From: Candidatus Geohabitans tengchongensis
GTDB taxonomy: Bacteria; Sysuimicrobiota; Sysuimicrobiia; Sysuimicrobiales; Humicultoraceae
Length of the DNA: 15,418 bases
NCBI GenBank assembly: GCA_031459625.1
Contig: JAVKIH010000028.1
Coordinates: forward strand, 1 to 15,418
Direction of reading: 5' to 3'
In this document: positions 7,335-15,418 of the stretch, one piece after another
Layout of the letters: each line of letters begins with the position of its first letter
Position numbering within the stretch: the stretch's first letter is position 1
The notes under the pieces: generated by a model
Told to the model about the DNA's origin: nothing
The model's input: the letters and a program-made list of their open reading frames with translations, nothing else
Databases searched by the model: none
Made by a program: the position numbers and the translations under genes

Positions 7335-9199
7335 CAGCGCACCACCCAGTAGGCCATCACCAGGATGGTCCCGGCCAGCAGCAGCAGCGCGTACTGGCGG
7401 ACGTAGCCCGTCTGGAGGCGGCGCAGCGCGCCGGCGACGGCCACCGCGGCGCCGCCCACGGCGTTCACCGCCCGGTCGACGACGCCCTGGTCGACAGGCC
7501 CCGCCAGCAGGAGGGCCGCATGCCGCGCGGCCGGCACCAGCAGGCCGTCGTAGAGCGGGAGCAGCCCCCAGTGCTGCTCGGCGGCGCGGCCGAACCACCC
7601 CAGCGCGGGCTCCCGCCGGTCGCGGTGCAGCCACCAGCCGGTGGCCAGCCCGGCGAGCGCCACCACCGTCGAGAGCGCCGGCACGAGCAGGCCGGGAGGG
7701 GCGTGCGCCGGGGCGGCGTGTGGCACCGCGCGCTCGAACACCGGTGCCAGCGCCGCCAGCAGCGGCGCCCCCGCCCAGCGCGCACCCAGCACCCCGCCGG
7801 CCACCGAGAGGAGGGCCAGGACGCCCATGGGCACGGCCATCACCGGCGGCGCCTCGTGCGGGTGCGCGTCGGAGGGCGGCGCCCCGGCAAAGGTGTAGAG
7901 CGCCGCACGGGTGATGTAGACCGCCGTGACGAAGGCGGTGAGGACCCCCGTCGCCAGGAGGAGTCCCGCCAGCAGGCCGCCGCCCGTGAGGGCGTGCTCC
8001 CAGGCGCGCTCCAGGATCAGGTCCTTGCTGACGAAGCCGGCAAACGGCGGGACGCCGGCGAGCGCCAGGGCGCCCACCAGGAAGGCCAGCGCGGTGACCC
8101 GCAGTGGCGTCCACAGGCCCCCCAGCCGGCGCATGTCGATGACGTCGTGCGTGGCGTGCATCACGCTGCCCGCCGCCAGGAAGAGGAGCGCCTTGAAGAA
8201 GGCGTGGGTGGTCAGGTGGAAGATGCCGGCGGACGGGGCGAGCACCCCCAGCGCCAGGAACATGTACCCGAGCTGGCTGATGGTGGAGTAGGCCAGCACC
8301 CGCTTGAGGTCCCACTCGCGCAGCGCCACCGTGGCCGCGAACAGCGCCGTGAGCGCCCCCACGGTCCCCACGACCGCCAGCGTGCCGGGGTGGGCGAAGA
8401 GCGGGTAGAGCCGCGCCACCAGGTAGACCCCGGCCGTCACCATGGTGGCGGCGTGGATCAGCGCCGAGACCGGCGTGGGCCCCTCCATGGCGTCGGGGAG
8501 CCAGGTGTACAGCGGCAGCTGGGCCGACTTGCCCGTGGCCCCCGCAAAGAGGAGCACCCCGGCCGAGAAGACCAGTGCGGGGTCCAGCGTCTGCGCCCAG
8601 GCGTTCAGGGCGGCCAGGTCGAGGGTGCCGGCCTGGGTCCAGAGGAGGAGGACGCCCAGCAGGAACGCGGCATCCCCGATGCGGTTCACGACGAAGGCCT
8701 TGCGGCCCGCGGCGGCCGCCCGCTCGCGCGTGAACCAGAACCCGATGAGGAGGTAGGAGCAGAGCCCGACGAGTTCCCAGCCCACGAAGAGCACGAGGAG
8801 GTTGCGCGCCAGGACGAGCAGCAGCATGGCCGCCGTGAAGAGGTTCAGGTAGGCGAAGTAGGTGGCGGCCCGGGGATCATCCGCCATGTAGCCGATCGAG
8901 TAGACGTGGATCACGAAGCCGACGCCGGTGACCACGAGGGCCATCACGAGGGCCAGCGGGTCGACCAGCAGGGCGACGTCCGCCCGGAACGCCCCGGCGG
9001 CGATCCAGGGGAAGAGCGTCCGCGCCTGCGCGGCCCCGGGGTAGGTGGCAGCCCCGGCCACGGTGGCCAGGAAGGCCGCGCCCACCAGCGCGCTGGCGAG
9101 CACTCCGGGGAGCGGGCGGGGCAGGCGGCCGCCCGCCACCCCGAGGAGCAGCCATCCCAGGAGCGGCCACAGGGGGATCGTCCAGGCGAGCTCAGCCAC
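7334..9199 (-). CDS. nuoL: NADH-quinone oxidoreductase subunit L
   Basis: [89 protein letters not shown]-terminal QTG; 621 aa. Confidence 0.97.
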   Translation of the reverse strand: MAELAWTIPLWPLLGWLLLGVAGGRLPRPLPGVLASALVGAAFLATVAGAATYPGAAQARTLFPWIAAGAFRADVALLVDPLALVMALVVTGVGFVIHVYSIGYMADDPRAATYFAYLNLFTAAMLLLVLARNLLVLFVGWELVGLCSYLLIGFWFTRERAAAAGRKAFVVNRIGDAAFLLGVLLLWTQAGTLDLAALNAWAQTLDPALVFSAGVLLFAGATGKSAQLPLYTWLPDAMEGPTPVSALIHAATMVTAGVYLVARLYPLFAHPGTLAVVGTVGALTALFAATVALREWDLKRVLAYSTISQLGYMFLALGVLAPSAGIFHLTTHAFFKALLFLAAGSVMHATHDVIDMRRLGGLWTPLRVTALAFLVGALALAGVPPFAGFVSKDLILERAWEHALTGGGLLAGLLLATGVLTAFVTAVYITRAALYTFAGAPPSDAHPHEAPPVMAVPMGVLALLSVAGGVLGARWAGAPLLAALAPVFERAVPHAAPAHAPPGLLVPALSTVVALAGLATGWWLHRDRREPALGWFGRAAEQHWGLLPLYDGLLVPAARHAALLLAGPVDQGVVDRAVNAVGGAAVAVAGALRRLQTGYVRQYALLLLAGTILVMAYWVVR

Positions 9200-9497
9200 G
9201 GAGCAGGTGCACCTCGTCGAGGTTCACGCTGCGGCGGGCGCGGAAGATCTCCACGATCAGCGCCAGCCCCACGACCACCTCAACACCGGCCACGACGATG
9301 GTGAAGACGACGGCGAGCTGGCCGTCCAGGGTGCCGAGCGTCCGGGCAAAGGCGACGAAGGTGAGGTTGACCGAGTTCAGCATCAGCTCGATGGCCATGA
9401 AGACCACGAGGGCGTTGCGCCGCACCAGCACCCCGGTCATGCCGATGGCGAAGAGCGCGGCTCCCAGCACCAGGTAGTACGCCAGCGGGACAGTCAC
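9192..9497 (-). CDS. nuoK: NADH-quinone oxidoreductase subunit K
   Basis: [27 protein letters not shown], and E.VVGLA; 101 aa. GTGA overlap with the nuoJ stop. Confidence 0.97.
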   Translation of the reverse strand: MTVPLAYYLVLGAALFAIGMTGVLVRRNALVVFMAIELMLNSVNLTFVAFARTLGTLDGQLAVVFTIVVAGVEVVVGLALIVEIFRARRSVNLDEVHLLRG

Positions 9498-10099
9498 GGG
9501 GCCGCCACCGCCTCCGGCGCCCGGGCGTTCGGCTCCTCTTCCGTGGATTCGGCGGGACGCGCCGCTGGCGAGGGTACCCGCACCGCCAGGGCGCCCTTCG
9601 CCAGCACCACCGCCCCCACCATGCCGATCAGCAGGAGGAGCGCGGCCAGCTCGACCGGCAGGAGGAAGCGGGTGAAGAGGGCCTCTCCCACCGCCTCGGG
9701 CGACCCGAACCCGGCGGCCGGCGGCGCGGCCGTGGGAAGGCGGGCGGCCGGGGCCGCACTACGCCCACCCGAGACCACCGCCCCCAGCCCGGCCAGGAAG
9801 AGCGCCCCTAGGGCCACCGCCGCCGGCCGCTGCAGCCGCAGGTCCTCGCGCGGGGGTTCGCCCGGCTGCATGTGCAGCAACATGATGACGAAGAGGAAGA
9901 GGACGACGATCGCCCCCGCGTAGACGATCACCTGGAGCACGGCGACGAAGGGGGCCCAGAGCAGCAGGTAGAGGAAGGCCAGGGCCACAAGCACGGCCAG
10001 CAGGGCCAGGGCGCTGTGCACCGGCCGCCGGGCGGTGACGACGCCCAGCGCGCCCGCCAGGGCGAGGGCGGCCGCCGGGAGGAAGAGGACGAGCTCCAC
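9494..10099 (-). CDS. nuoJ: NADH-quinone oxidoreductase subunit J
   Basis: [32 protein letters not shown], and [31 protein letters not shown] at 10099, 5 nt after the nuoI stop. Confidence 0.95.
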   Translation of the reverse strand: MELVLFLPAAALALAGALGVVTARRPVHSALALLAVLVALAFLYLLLWAPFVAVLQVIVYAGAIVVLFLFVIMLLHMQPGEPPREDLRLQRPAAVALGALFLAGLGAVVSGGRSAAPAARLPTAAPPAAGFGSPEAVGEALFTRFLLPVELAALLLLIGMVGAVVLAKGALAVRVPSPAARPAESTEEEPNARAPEAVAAP

Positions 10100-10104
10100 C
10101 GCCC

Positions 10105-10587
10105 CTAGACCTCGCGCCGGGGGTCGCGCCCGCTGGCCCCCGGGTAGGGCTCGGTGAGCATGGGCTTGGTGTAGATCAGCTCGGCGCGGCTGTAGCCGGC
10201 CAGCTCGTAGTCGTGTCCCAGGACGATGGCCCCGGTGGGGCACGCCTCCTCGCAGAACCCGCAGAAGATGCAGCGCAGCATGTTGATCTGGAACTCCTCG
10301 GCGTACCGCTCCCCGCGGCTCACCTGGTGCTCGGGGGTGTTCTCGGCCGCGCGCACGTAGATGGCCTGGGAGGGGCAGACGATGACGCACAGTTCGCACC
10401 CGATGCAGCGCTCAAGCCCGTCGGCGTAGCGGGTGAGCCAGTGGCGCCCCTTGAAGCGCGGGGCCACCGGCGGCTTCTCATCCGGATAGGCCACGGTCAC
10501 CGGCGGGCGCACGAGGTAGCGCAGGGTGATGCCGAGCCCTCGGACCATGCTGAGGAAGCGGTCCACCTGGGCGCGCACAGTGGCCAC
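10105..10587 (-). CDS. nuoI: NADH-quinone oxidoreductase subunit I
   Basis: T..YPDEK...PRFKGRH and two ferredoxin motifs, CIGCELCVIVCP and CIFCGFCEEACP. GTG at 10587, just after the nuoH stop. Confidence 0.96.
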   Translation of the reverse strand: MATVRAQVDRFLSMVRGLGITLRYLVRPPVTVAYPDEKPPVAPRFKGRHWLTRYADGLERCIGCELCVIVCPSQAIYVRAAENTPEHQVSRGERYAEEFQINMLRCIFCGFCEEACPTGAIVLGHDYELAGYSRAELIYTKPMLTEPYPGASGRDPRREV

Positions 10588-10589
10588 GG

Positions 10590-11627
10590 CTAGCCCGCCC
10601 CCCACAGGACCACGCCCACCGCCACGACCACGTTCACCAGGCCCACCGGCAGCAGCACCTTCCACCCGAAGGCCATGAGTCGGTCGTGGCGCACGCGCGG
10701 CAGGGTGGCCCGCAGCCAGATGAAGACGAAGACGCCGAGGAGCGTCTTCAGCACCATCCACGCCACGGGCGGCACGACGCCGAGCAGCGCCCCCAACCCC
10801 GGGGGCGCGTGCCAGCCGCCCAGGAAGAGGACGGCGGCCAGCGCGCTCATCGTGATCACGGCCAGGTACTCGCCGATGAAGAACATGGCGAACTTGAAAC
10901 CGCCGTACTCGGTCTGGTAGCCGGCGATGAGCTCCTGCTCCGCCTCCGGCAGGTCGAAGGGGGCGCGGTTGGTCTCGGCCACGGCGGCCACGAAGAAGAG
11001 GGCCAGCGCCAGCGTCCCGTGGGGCACGTGCAGGGCGAACCACAGGTCGCGCTGGGCCTGGACGATGCGCACCAGGCTCAGCGAGCCGGCCAGCAGCACG
11101 GGGACAAGCGCCCCCAGGCCCAGGGCCAGCTCGTAGGAGATGAGCTGCGCGCTGCTGCGCAGGCTGCCGAGCAGAGAGTACTTGTTGTCGGCCGACCAGC
11201 CGCCGAGGATCACCCCGTACACGCCCAGCGAGGAGATGCCGAGCAGGAGGAGCAACGCCACGTTCACGTCGGCCACGTACAGGGTGACCTGGCGGCCGAA
11301 GAGCGTGACCGCCGGGCCGAGCGGCACCAGCGCGTACATCGCCAGCGAGGCGGCCATGGCGATGGCCGGGGCGAACCAGTAGACCACCGGGTCGGCCCGG
11401 CGCGGGCGGAAGTCCTCCTTGAAGATGAGCTTGATCCCATCGGCCAGCGGCTGGAGGAGCCCCAGCGGGCCCACGCGGTTCGGCCCGTAGCGTAGCTGGA
11501 AGCGCCCGAGCAACCGCCGCTCCCCGTAGGTCAGGTAGGCCGTGGCGGTGAGCATCACGAAGAGGATCACGGCGCTCTTCACTGCCGCCTCCACCACCAC
11601 GGCCAGGAGCGGGCTCTGCGGGCTCAT
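10590..11627 (-). CDS. nuoH: NADH-quinone oxidoreductase subunit H
   Basis: [93 protein letters not shown] overlap with nuoG. Confidence 0.97.
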   Translation of the reverse strand: MSPQSPLLAVVVEAAVKSAVILFVMLTATAYLTYGERRLLGRFQLRYGPNRVGPLGLLQPLADGIKLIFKEDFRPRRADPVVYWFAPAIAMAASLAMYALVPLGPAVTLFGRQVTLYVADVNVALLLLLGISSLGVYGVILGGWSADNKYSLLGSLRSSAQLISYELALGLGALVPVLLAGSLSLVRIVQAQRDLWFALHVPHGTLALALFFVAAVAETNRAPFDLPEAEQELIAGYQTEYGGFKFAMFFIGEYLAVITMSALAAVLFLGGWHAPPGLGALLGVVPPVAWMVLKTLLGVFVFIWLRATLPRVRHDRLMAFGWKVLLPVGLVNVVVAVGVVLWGAG

Positions 11628-14134
11628 GCGCCAGCCGCCGTGGCCGCGACCGCGGGCTGGAGCGCGCGCACAGCCACGCGCGGGGCCGGCTCGTCCCAGG
11701 AGAGCAGCCGCCGCACCGGCACGGCGTCGAAGGCGCGCGGCAGCCAGGCCCGTCCGCGCGGTACTGCGGCGTCGAGCGCCAGACGCACCACCACGGCGCG
11801 CTCCGCTCCGCGCCGGCGTGCGCCGGGCGAGGCCGCGGCCTCCCCGTCCGCCGCGCCGGCGGCTGAGCCCGCTGGCTGGACGGGCGGCAGCGCCGCCACC
11901 TCCACCAGCGCGCCCGGCTGGAGTCCGGCCGTGGCGGCATCCTCCGGGTGCAGCACGACCACCGGCTCCTCCGCCAGGTCGGCGATGCGCGGGGCGCGGC
12001 CGGACATGCTGCCGCGATCGAAGAGGACCTCGCCCGTGAGCAGCCACCAGGCCTCACCGGGGGATGGCCGTTGCGCCTCCCCGGGCAGGTGGACCTCGGC
12101 CGCCCACCCGTCGGGCAGGGGCGGCGGGGTCAGGACCGCGTCGACGGCCAGCCCCGGGACGCGCGCAGCCGCCTCCCGGAAGACCTCCTCCCACCCCGCG
12201 TACGCCCACTCCGCCCCCAGCCGGTCGGCCAGCGCCAGCAGGATGTCGCCGTCCGCCCGGGCCTCGCCCGGCCCGCGGATGGCCGCGGTGAGGCGCTGGA
12301 CGCGCCCTTCGATGGTGGTGACGGTCCCGTCGCGTTCGGCAAAGGCCAGCGCCGGCAGCACGACGTCGGCGGCGGCGGCGGTGGCGGTGAGGAAGAGGTC
12401 GTGCACCACCAGGAAGGGCGTGGCGCGGCGCGCCGCCTCCCAGGCGGCGTGGTCCGGTACCTCCGTGGCCGGGTCGGCGCCCAGCACGTAGAGCACGTCC
12501 ACCCCCGCCTCGCCGGCGTGGCGGAGGATCTCCGGGGCCGTCCACCCGCCCGGACCCGGCTGCACCCCCATGAGGGCCGCTCCCCAGGCGTTGCCCTTCC
12601 CCCGCATCACGTGCACGACCGCCCCGACTTCCTGCAGGCGCCGGGCCGCAGCCAGCACCGCCTCCCCTGACGGGCCCTCCAGGGCGGCGCGACCCAGGTA
12701 GAGCATGGGCCGGCGGGCGGCACGCAGCGTCTCCACCATGCGCTCCACGACCTCGGGCGGCACATCCACCTGCTGCAGCGCGGTCCCGTCGAGCGTGCCG
12801 CCCCCCAGCGCGTCGGCCAGCTGCGCCAGCACCACCGCCTCGCCGCCCGGGACCGGGTGGACCTGTCCGCGCAGGTGACGGCCGATCTCCAGCGCCCGCG
12901 GGTGGAGGGCGAAGGCTGCCGCCCCGGCGTCGATGGCCCGCTTCAACCGCAGCCAGGCGATCGGGTACTCCTCGGTGAGGTCGCACCCGACGAGCAGGTG
13001 CCAGTCCGCCTCCTCGATGGCGGCGAGCGGTGTGCGCAGCCCCCAGGGAAGGCGCAGCGAGGGGCTGCCGGGACGCGCGTCCACCCGGTGGTCGAGGTGC
13101 GGGGTGCCCACCAGTTCCCCGAAGAGGCGGCGGACCAGATGGCAGTCCTCGTTGGTGAGGCGGGTGCCGCCGAGGGCGGCCACGCGCCGCGGGTCCGCCT
13201 CACGCGCCGCCCGCAGGCGGTCGGCCACCAGGTCGAGGGCCTCGCGCCAGGTGGCCGGCCGGAGCTGCCCGTCCCGCCGCACGAGGGGCTGCGTCAGCCG
13301 GTCGGGGGCGTGGAGGTACTCGTAGCCGAACTGCCCCAGGTCGCACAGCCACACGTCGTTCACCGGCGGCGCTTCGCGGGCGCGCACCCGCGCCACCCGG
13401 CCGTCGCGTACGTCCAGGGTGAGGGCGCACCCCAGCCCGCACTGCGTGCAGACGGAGGGGACGGGGCGCACGTCCCAGGGGCGGGCCAGGAAGCGGAAGG
13501 CCTTGCTCGTCAGCGCCCCCACCGGGCAGATGGCGATGGTGTTGCCGATGAGCTTGGAGCGCACCGGCCGGGTGAAGGGGGTGTCGATCTCGGTCTGGAA
13601 GCCGCGGTCGAACCCCTTGAGGGCGTCGTCGCCGGCCACGAGCTCCCCGAAGCGCACGCAGCGCCAGCACAGCACGCAGCGCTCCCGGTCCAGCACCAGT
13701 ACCGCGCCGAGGGAGACCGGCTTGGCGAAGTCGCGCTTCGGCTCGATGAAGCGGCTGCGCCCCGCTCCGTAGGCGAAGGCCTGGTCCTGCAGCGGGCACT
13801 CCCCGCCCTTGTCGCAGATGGGGCAGTCCAGCGGGTGGTTGATCAGCAGGAACTCCAGGATGCGCTCCTGGGCGGCGCGCGCCTCGGGGCTGGAGGCGTG
13901 CACCACCATCCGGTCCTGGGCCACCAGGGTGCAGGAGGTCTGCAGCCGCGGCATCCCCTCCACCTGCACCAGGCACTGCCGGCAGGCGCCCAGGGGGGGC
14001 ATGCGGTCGTGGTAGCAGAAGACGGGGATGTCGATCCCGGCGGCGCGGGCGGCCTGCCACACGGTGGTCCCGCGCGGCACGGTCACGGGGCGGCCGTCGA
14101 TGGTGAGCGTGACGGTGGGTCGGTCGTCGCTCAT
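11624..14134 (-). CDS. nuoG: NADH-quinone oxidoreductase subunit G (836 aa, includes the N7 cluster motif)
   Basis: N1b: FCYH..GACRQC..SC. N5: HPLDCPICDKGGEC. N4: CVLCWRC...CPVGAL. N7: CTQCGLGC...C. C-terminal molybdopterin-oxidoreductase-like domains (DVVLPA...E.DGT.T..EGR.Q). ATG at 14134 with GGACGGGG upstream. Confidence 0.96.
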   Translation of the reverse strand: MSDDRPTVTLTIDGRPVTVPRGTTVWQAARAAGIDIPVFCYHDRMPPLGACRQCLVQVEGMPRLQTSCTLVAQDRMVVHASSPEARAAQERILEFLLINHPLDCPICDKGGECPLQDQAFAYGAGRSRFIEPKRDFAKPVSLGAVLVLDRERCVLCWRCVRFGELVAGDDALKGFDRGFQTEIDTPFTRPVRSKLIGNTIAICPVGALTSKAFRFLARPWDVRPVPSVCTQCGLGCALTLDVRDGRVARVRAREAPPVNDVWLCDLGQFGYEYLHAPDRLTQPLVRRDGQLRPATWREALDLVADRLRAAREADPRRVAALGGTRLTNEDCHLVRRLFGELVGTPHLDHRVDARPGSPSLRLPWGLRTPLAAIEEADWHLLVGCDLTEEYPIAWLRLKRAIDAGAAAFALHPRALEIGRHLRGQVHPVPGGEAVVLAQLADALGGGTLDGTALQQVDVPPEVVERMVETLRAARRPMLYLGRAALEGPSGEAVLAAARRLQEVGAVVHVMRGKGNAWGAALMGVQPGPGGWTAPEILRHAGEAGVDVLYVLGADPATEVPDHAAWEAARRATPFLVVHDLFLTATAAAADVVLPALAFAERDGTVTTIEGRVQRLTAAIRGPGEARADGDILLALADRLGAEWAYAGWEEVFREAAARVPGLAVDAVLTPPPLPDGWAAEVHLPGEAQRPSPGEAWWLLTGEVLFDRGSMSGRAPRIADLAEEPVVVLHPEDAATAGLQPGALVEVAALPPVQPAGSAAGAADGEAAASPGARRRGAERAVVVRLALDAAVPRGRAWLPRAFDAVPVRRLLSWDEPAPRVAVRALQPAVAATAAGA

Positions 14135-14179
14135 CGCCCCGTCCCCATCGAGCCGTCCGGCGTGCTCATCGCCCCGTCC
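14129..14179. repeat. 16-bp perfect direct repeat GCTCATCGCCCCGTCC (14129-14144 and 14164-14179)
   Basis: Read directly from the sequence. On the minus strand each copy is GGACGGGGCG-ATG-AGC, an RBS-like tract plus a start codon. Confidence 0.9.
14131..14169 (-). CDS. Candidate 12-aa mini-ORF MSTPDGSMGTGR between nuoF and nuoG
   Basis: It has the same RBS+ATG context as nuoG, and its TGA overlaps the nuoG ATG (ATGA). Translation is not demonstrated. Confidence 0.35.
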   Translation of the reverse strand: MSTPDGSMGTGR

Positions 14180-14184
14180 TCGCC

Positions 14185-15417
14185 TCAGCTCGCCGCCACC
14201 CTGGGCGCGGCCAGGCGCTCCTCCACGTCGCACCGCCCCGTCCGGATGTGGTACTCGTACTCGTGCCGGAAGTGGCGCAGCGAGGCATTGAGGCTCGGCG
14301 GGACGCTCTCCCCCAGCGGGCAGAAGCAGGTGCCGGTCATCCCGTCGGAGATGTGCTGCAGCAGGTCCAGGTCGGCCATGCGCCCCCGGCCGTGCAGGAG
14401 GCGCTCGAAGACCTGGGCCAGCCACACCGTCCCCTCCCGGCAGGGGGTGCACTTCCCGCACGACTCTTCCATATAGAACTCCACGGTGCGGGCAATCACC
14501 CGGACGATGCAGGCGGAGTCGTCCAGCACGATCTGGGAGGCGGAGCCCAGCATCGAGCCGACCTGACGCAGCGGCTCGTAGTCCAGGGGCACGTCCAGGT
14601 GGGCTTCGGTGAGCAGGGCGGAGGAGGAGCCGCCGGGGAAGGCGGCCTTGAAGCGCCGCCCCGGGCGCAGCCCGCCCGCGTGCTCGAAGATGAGCTCCCG
14701 CAGCGGCGTCCCCAGCGGCAGCTCGTAGAGGCCGGGCCGGCGCACGTGGCCGCTCACCGAGAAGAGCGCCGGCGGGCCCAGGCGGGCGTAGGCCTCCGGC
14801 CCCAGGCGCAGGATGGCCGGCACGTGGCAGAGGGTCTCGACGTTGTTGATCACCGTGGGCTGTCCGTACAGCCCCACCACGGCCGGGTAGGGCGGGCGGG
14901 CGCGCGGCATGGCCCGGCGGCCCTCCAGCGACTCCAGCAGCGCCGTCTCCTCCCCGGCGATGTAGGCGCCCGCGCCGGTGTGCACGACCACGTCCAGGTC
15001 CACGTCGGTGCCGAAGATCCTGCGGCCGAGGACGCCGTGCGCGTAGGCCTCCGCCACCGCCTGCTCCAGGCGCCGCCGGGCCAGGTACCCCTCGCGGCGC
15101 ACGTAGACGTAGGCCTTGCGGATGCCCACGGCAAAGGCCGCGAGGACCATCCCCTCCAGCAGCAGGTGGGGGGCGCGCTCCAGCAGGCGGTGGTCCTTGA
15201 AGGTGCAGGGCTCGGCCTCGTCGCCGTTCACCACCAGGTACTTCACCGGGGCGTCCTTGGGGATGAAGGCCCACTTCCGCCCCGTGGGGAAGCCGGCCCC
15301 GCCCTTGCCGCGCAGCCCCGACCGCTCCACCGCCGCGATGACGTCCGCAGGCGCCATCGTCCGCAGCACCGTGCGCGCGGTCTCGTACCCGCCCGCGCGC
15401 AGGTAGGCCTCCAGGTC
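14185..15417 (-). CDS. nuoF: NADH-quinone oxidoreductase subunit F (5' end beyond the window)
   Basis: The frame is open to the window edge (DLEAYLRAGGYE...). Motifs: SGLRGKGGAGFPTGRKW, NGDEAEPCTFKD, GAGAYIAGEETALLESLEG, PTVINNVETL, and N3 ligands ESCGKCTPCREG...CFCPLG. Confidence 0.96.
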   Translation of the reverse strand, partial: DLEAYLRAGGYETARTVLRTMAPADVIAAVERSGLRGKGGAGFPTGRKWAFIPKDAPVKYLVVNGDEAEPCTFKDHRLLERAPHLLLEGMVLAAFAVGIRKAYVYVRREGYLARRRLEQAVAEAYAHGVLGRRIFGTDVDLDVVVHTGAGAYIAGEETALLESLEGRRAMPRARPPYPAVVGLYGQPTVINNVETLCHVPAILRLGPEAYARLGPPALFSVSGHVRRPGLYELPLGTPLRELIFEHAGGLRPGRRFKAAFPGGSSSALLTEAHLDVPLDYEPLRQVGSMLGSASQIVLDDSACIVRVIARTVEFYMEESCGKCTPCREGTVWLAQVFERLLHGRGRMADLDLLQHISDGMTGTCFCPLGESVPPSLNASLRHFRHEYEYHIRTGRCDVEERLAAPRVAAS

Positions 15418-15418
15418 G

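Noticed and set aside
4231..9199. Extra antiporter-like subunit (2M-type complex I) or Mrp antiporter
   Set aside because: There is exactly one each of L, M and N in canonical order, and NuoL is of ordinary length.
11624..14134. Formate dehydrogenase or active molybdoenzyme in place of NuoG
   Set aside because: No Cys/Sec Mo-ligand motif was recognised. The position between nuoF and nuoH and the Fe-S motifs match NuoG; N7 is a known feature of several NuoG proteins.
1..15418. CRISPR array, tRNA, rRNA or riboswitch
   Set aside because: No regularly spaced repeats or recognisable RNA-gene signatures were seen, and there is very little intergenic space.

Overview
A very GC-rich bacterial window, almost entirely coding. 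On the minus strand, a tightly packed complex I operon runs in from the right edge: nuoF (5' end outside the window), nuoG, H, I, J, K, L, M, N. It continues after only 8 nt into a fixC-like flavoprotein and a fixX-like 2x[4Fe-4S] ferredoxin, with no fixAB/etfAB between them. This unit converges on lgt (+ strand). lgt is divergent from a thrB plus GerMN-domain gene pair, and extended -10-like elements for both sit in the 97-nt gap. The first 123 nt are compositionally distinct (61 G+C in the first 120 nt, about 51%) and look like an insertion-sequence end abutting the GerMN stop codon. The most interesting points are the nuo-fixCX linkage, a duplicated RBS+start that creates a 12-aa mini-ORF coupled to nuoG, a uORF coupled to thrB, atypical residues in NuoF motifs, and a hairpin-rich in-frame C-terminal extension of NuoM. 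No rRNA, tRNA or CRISPR array was seen.
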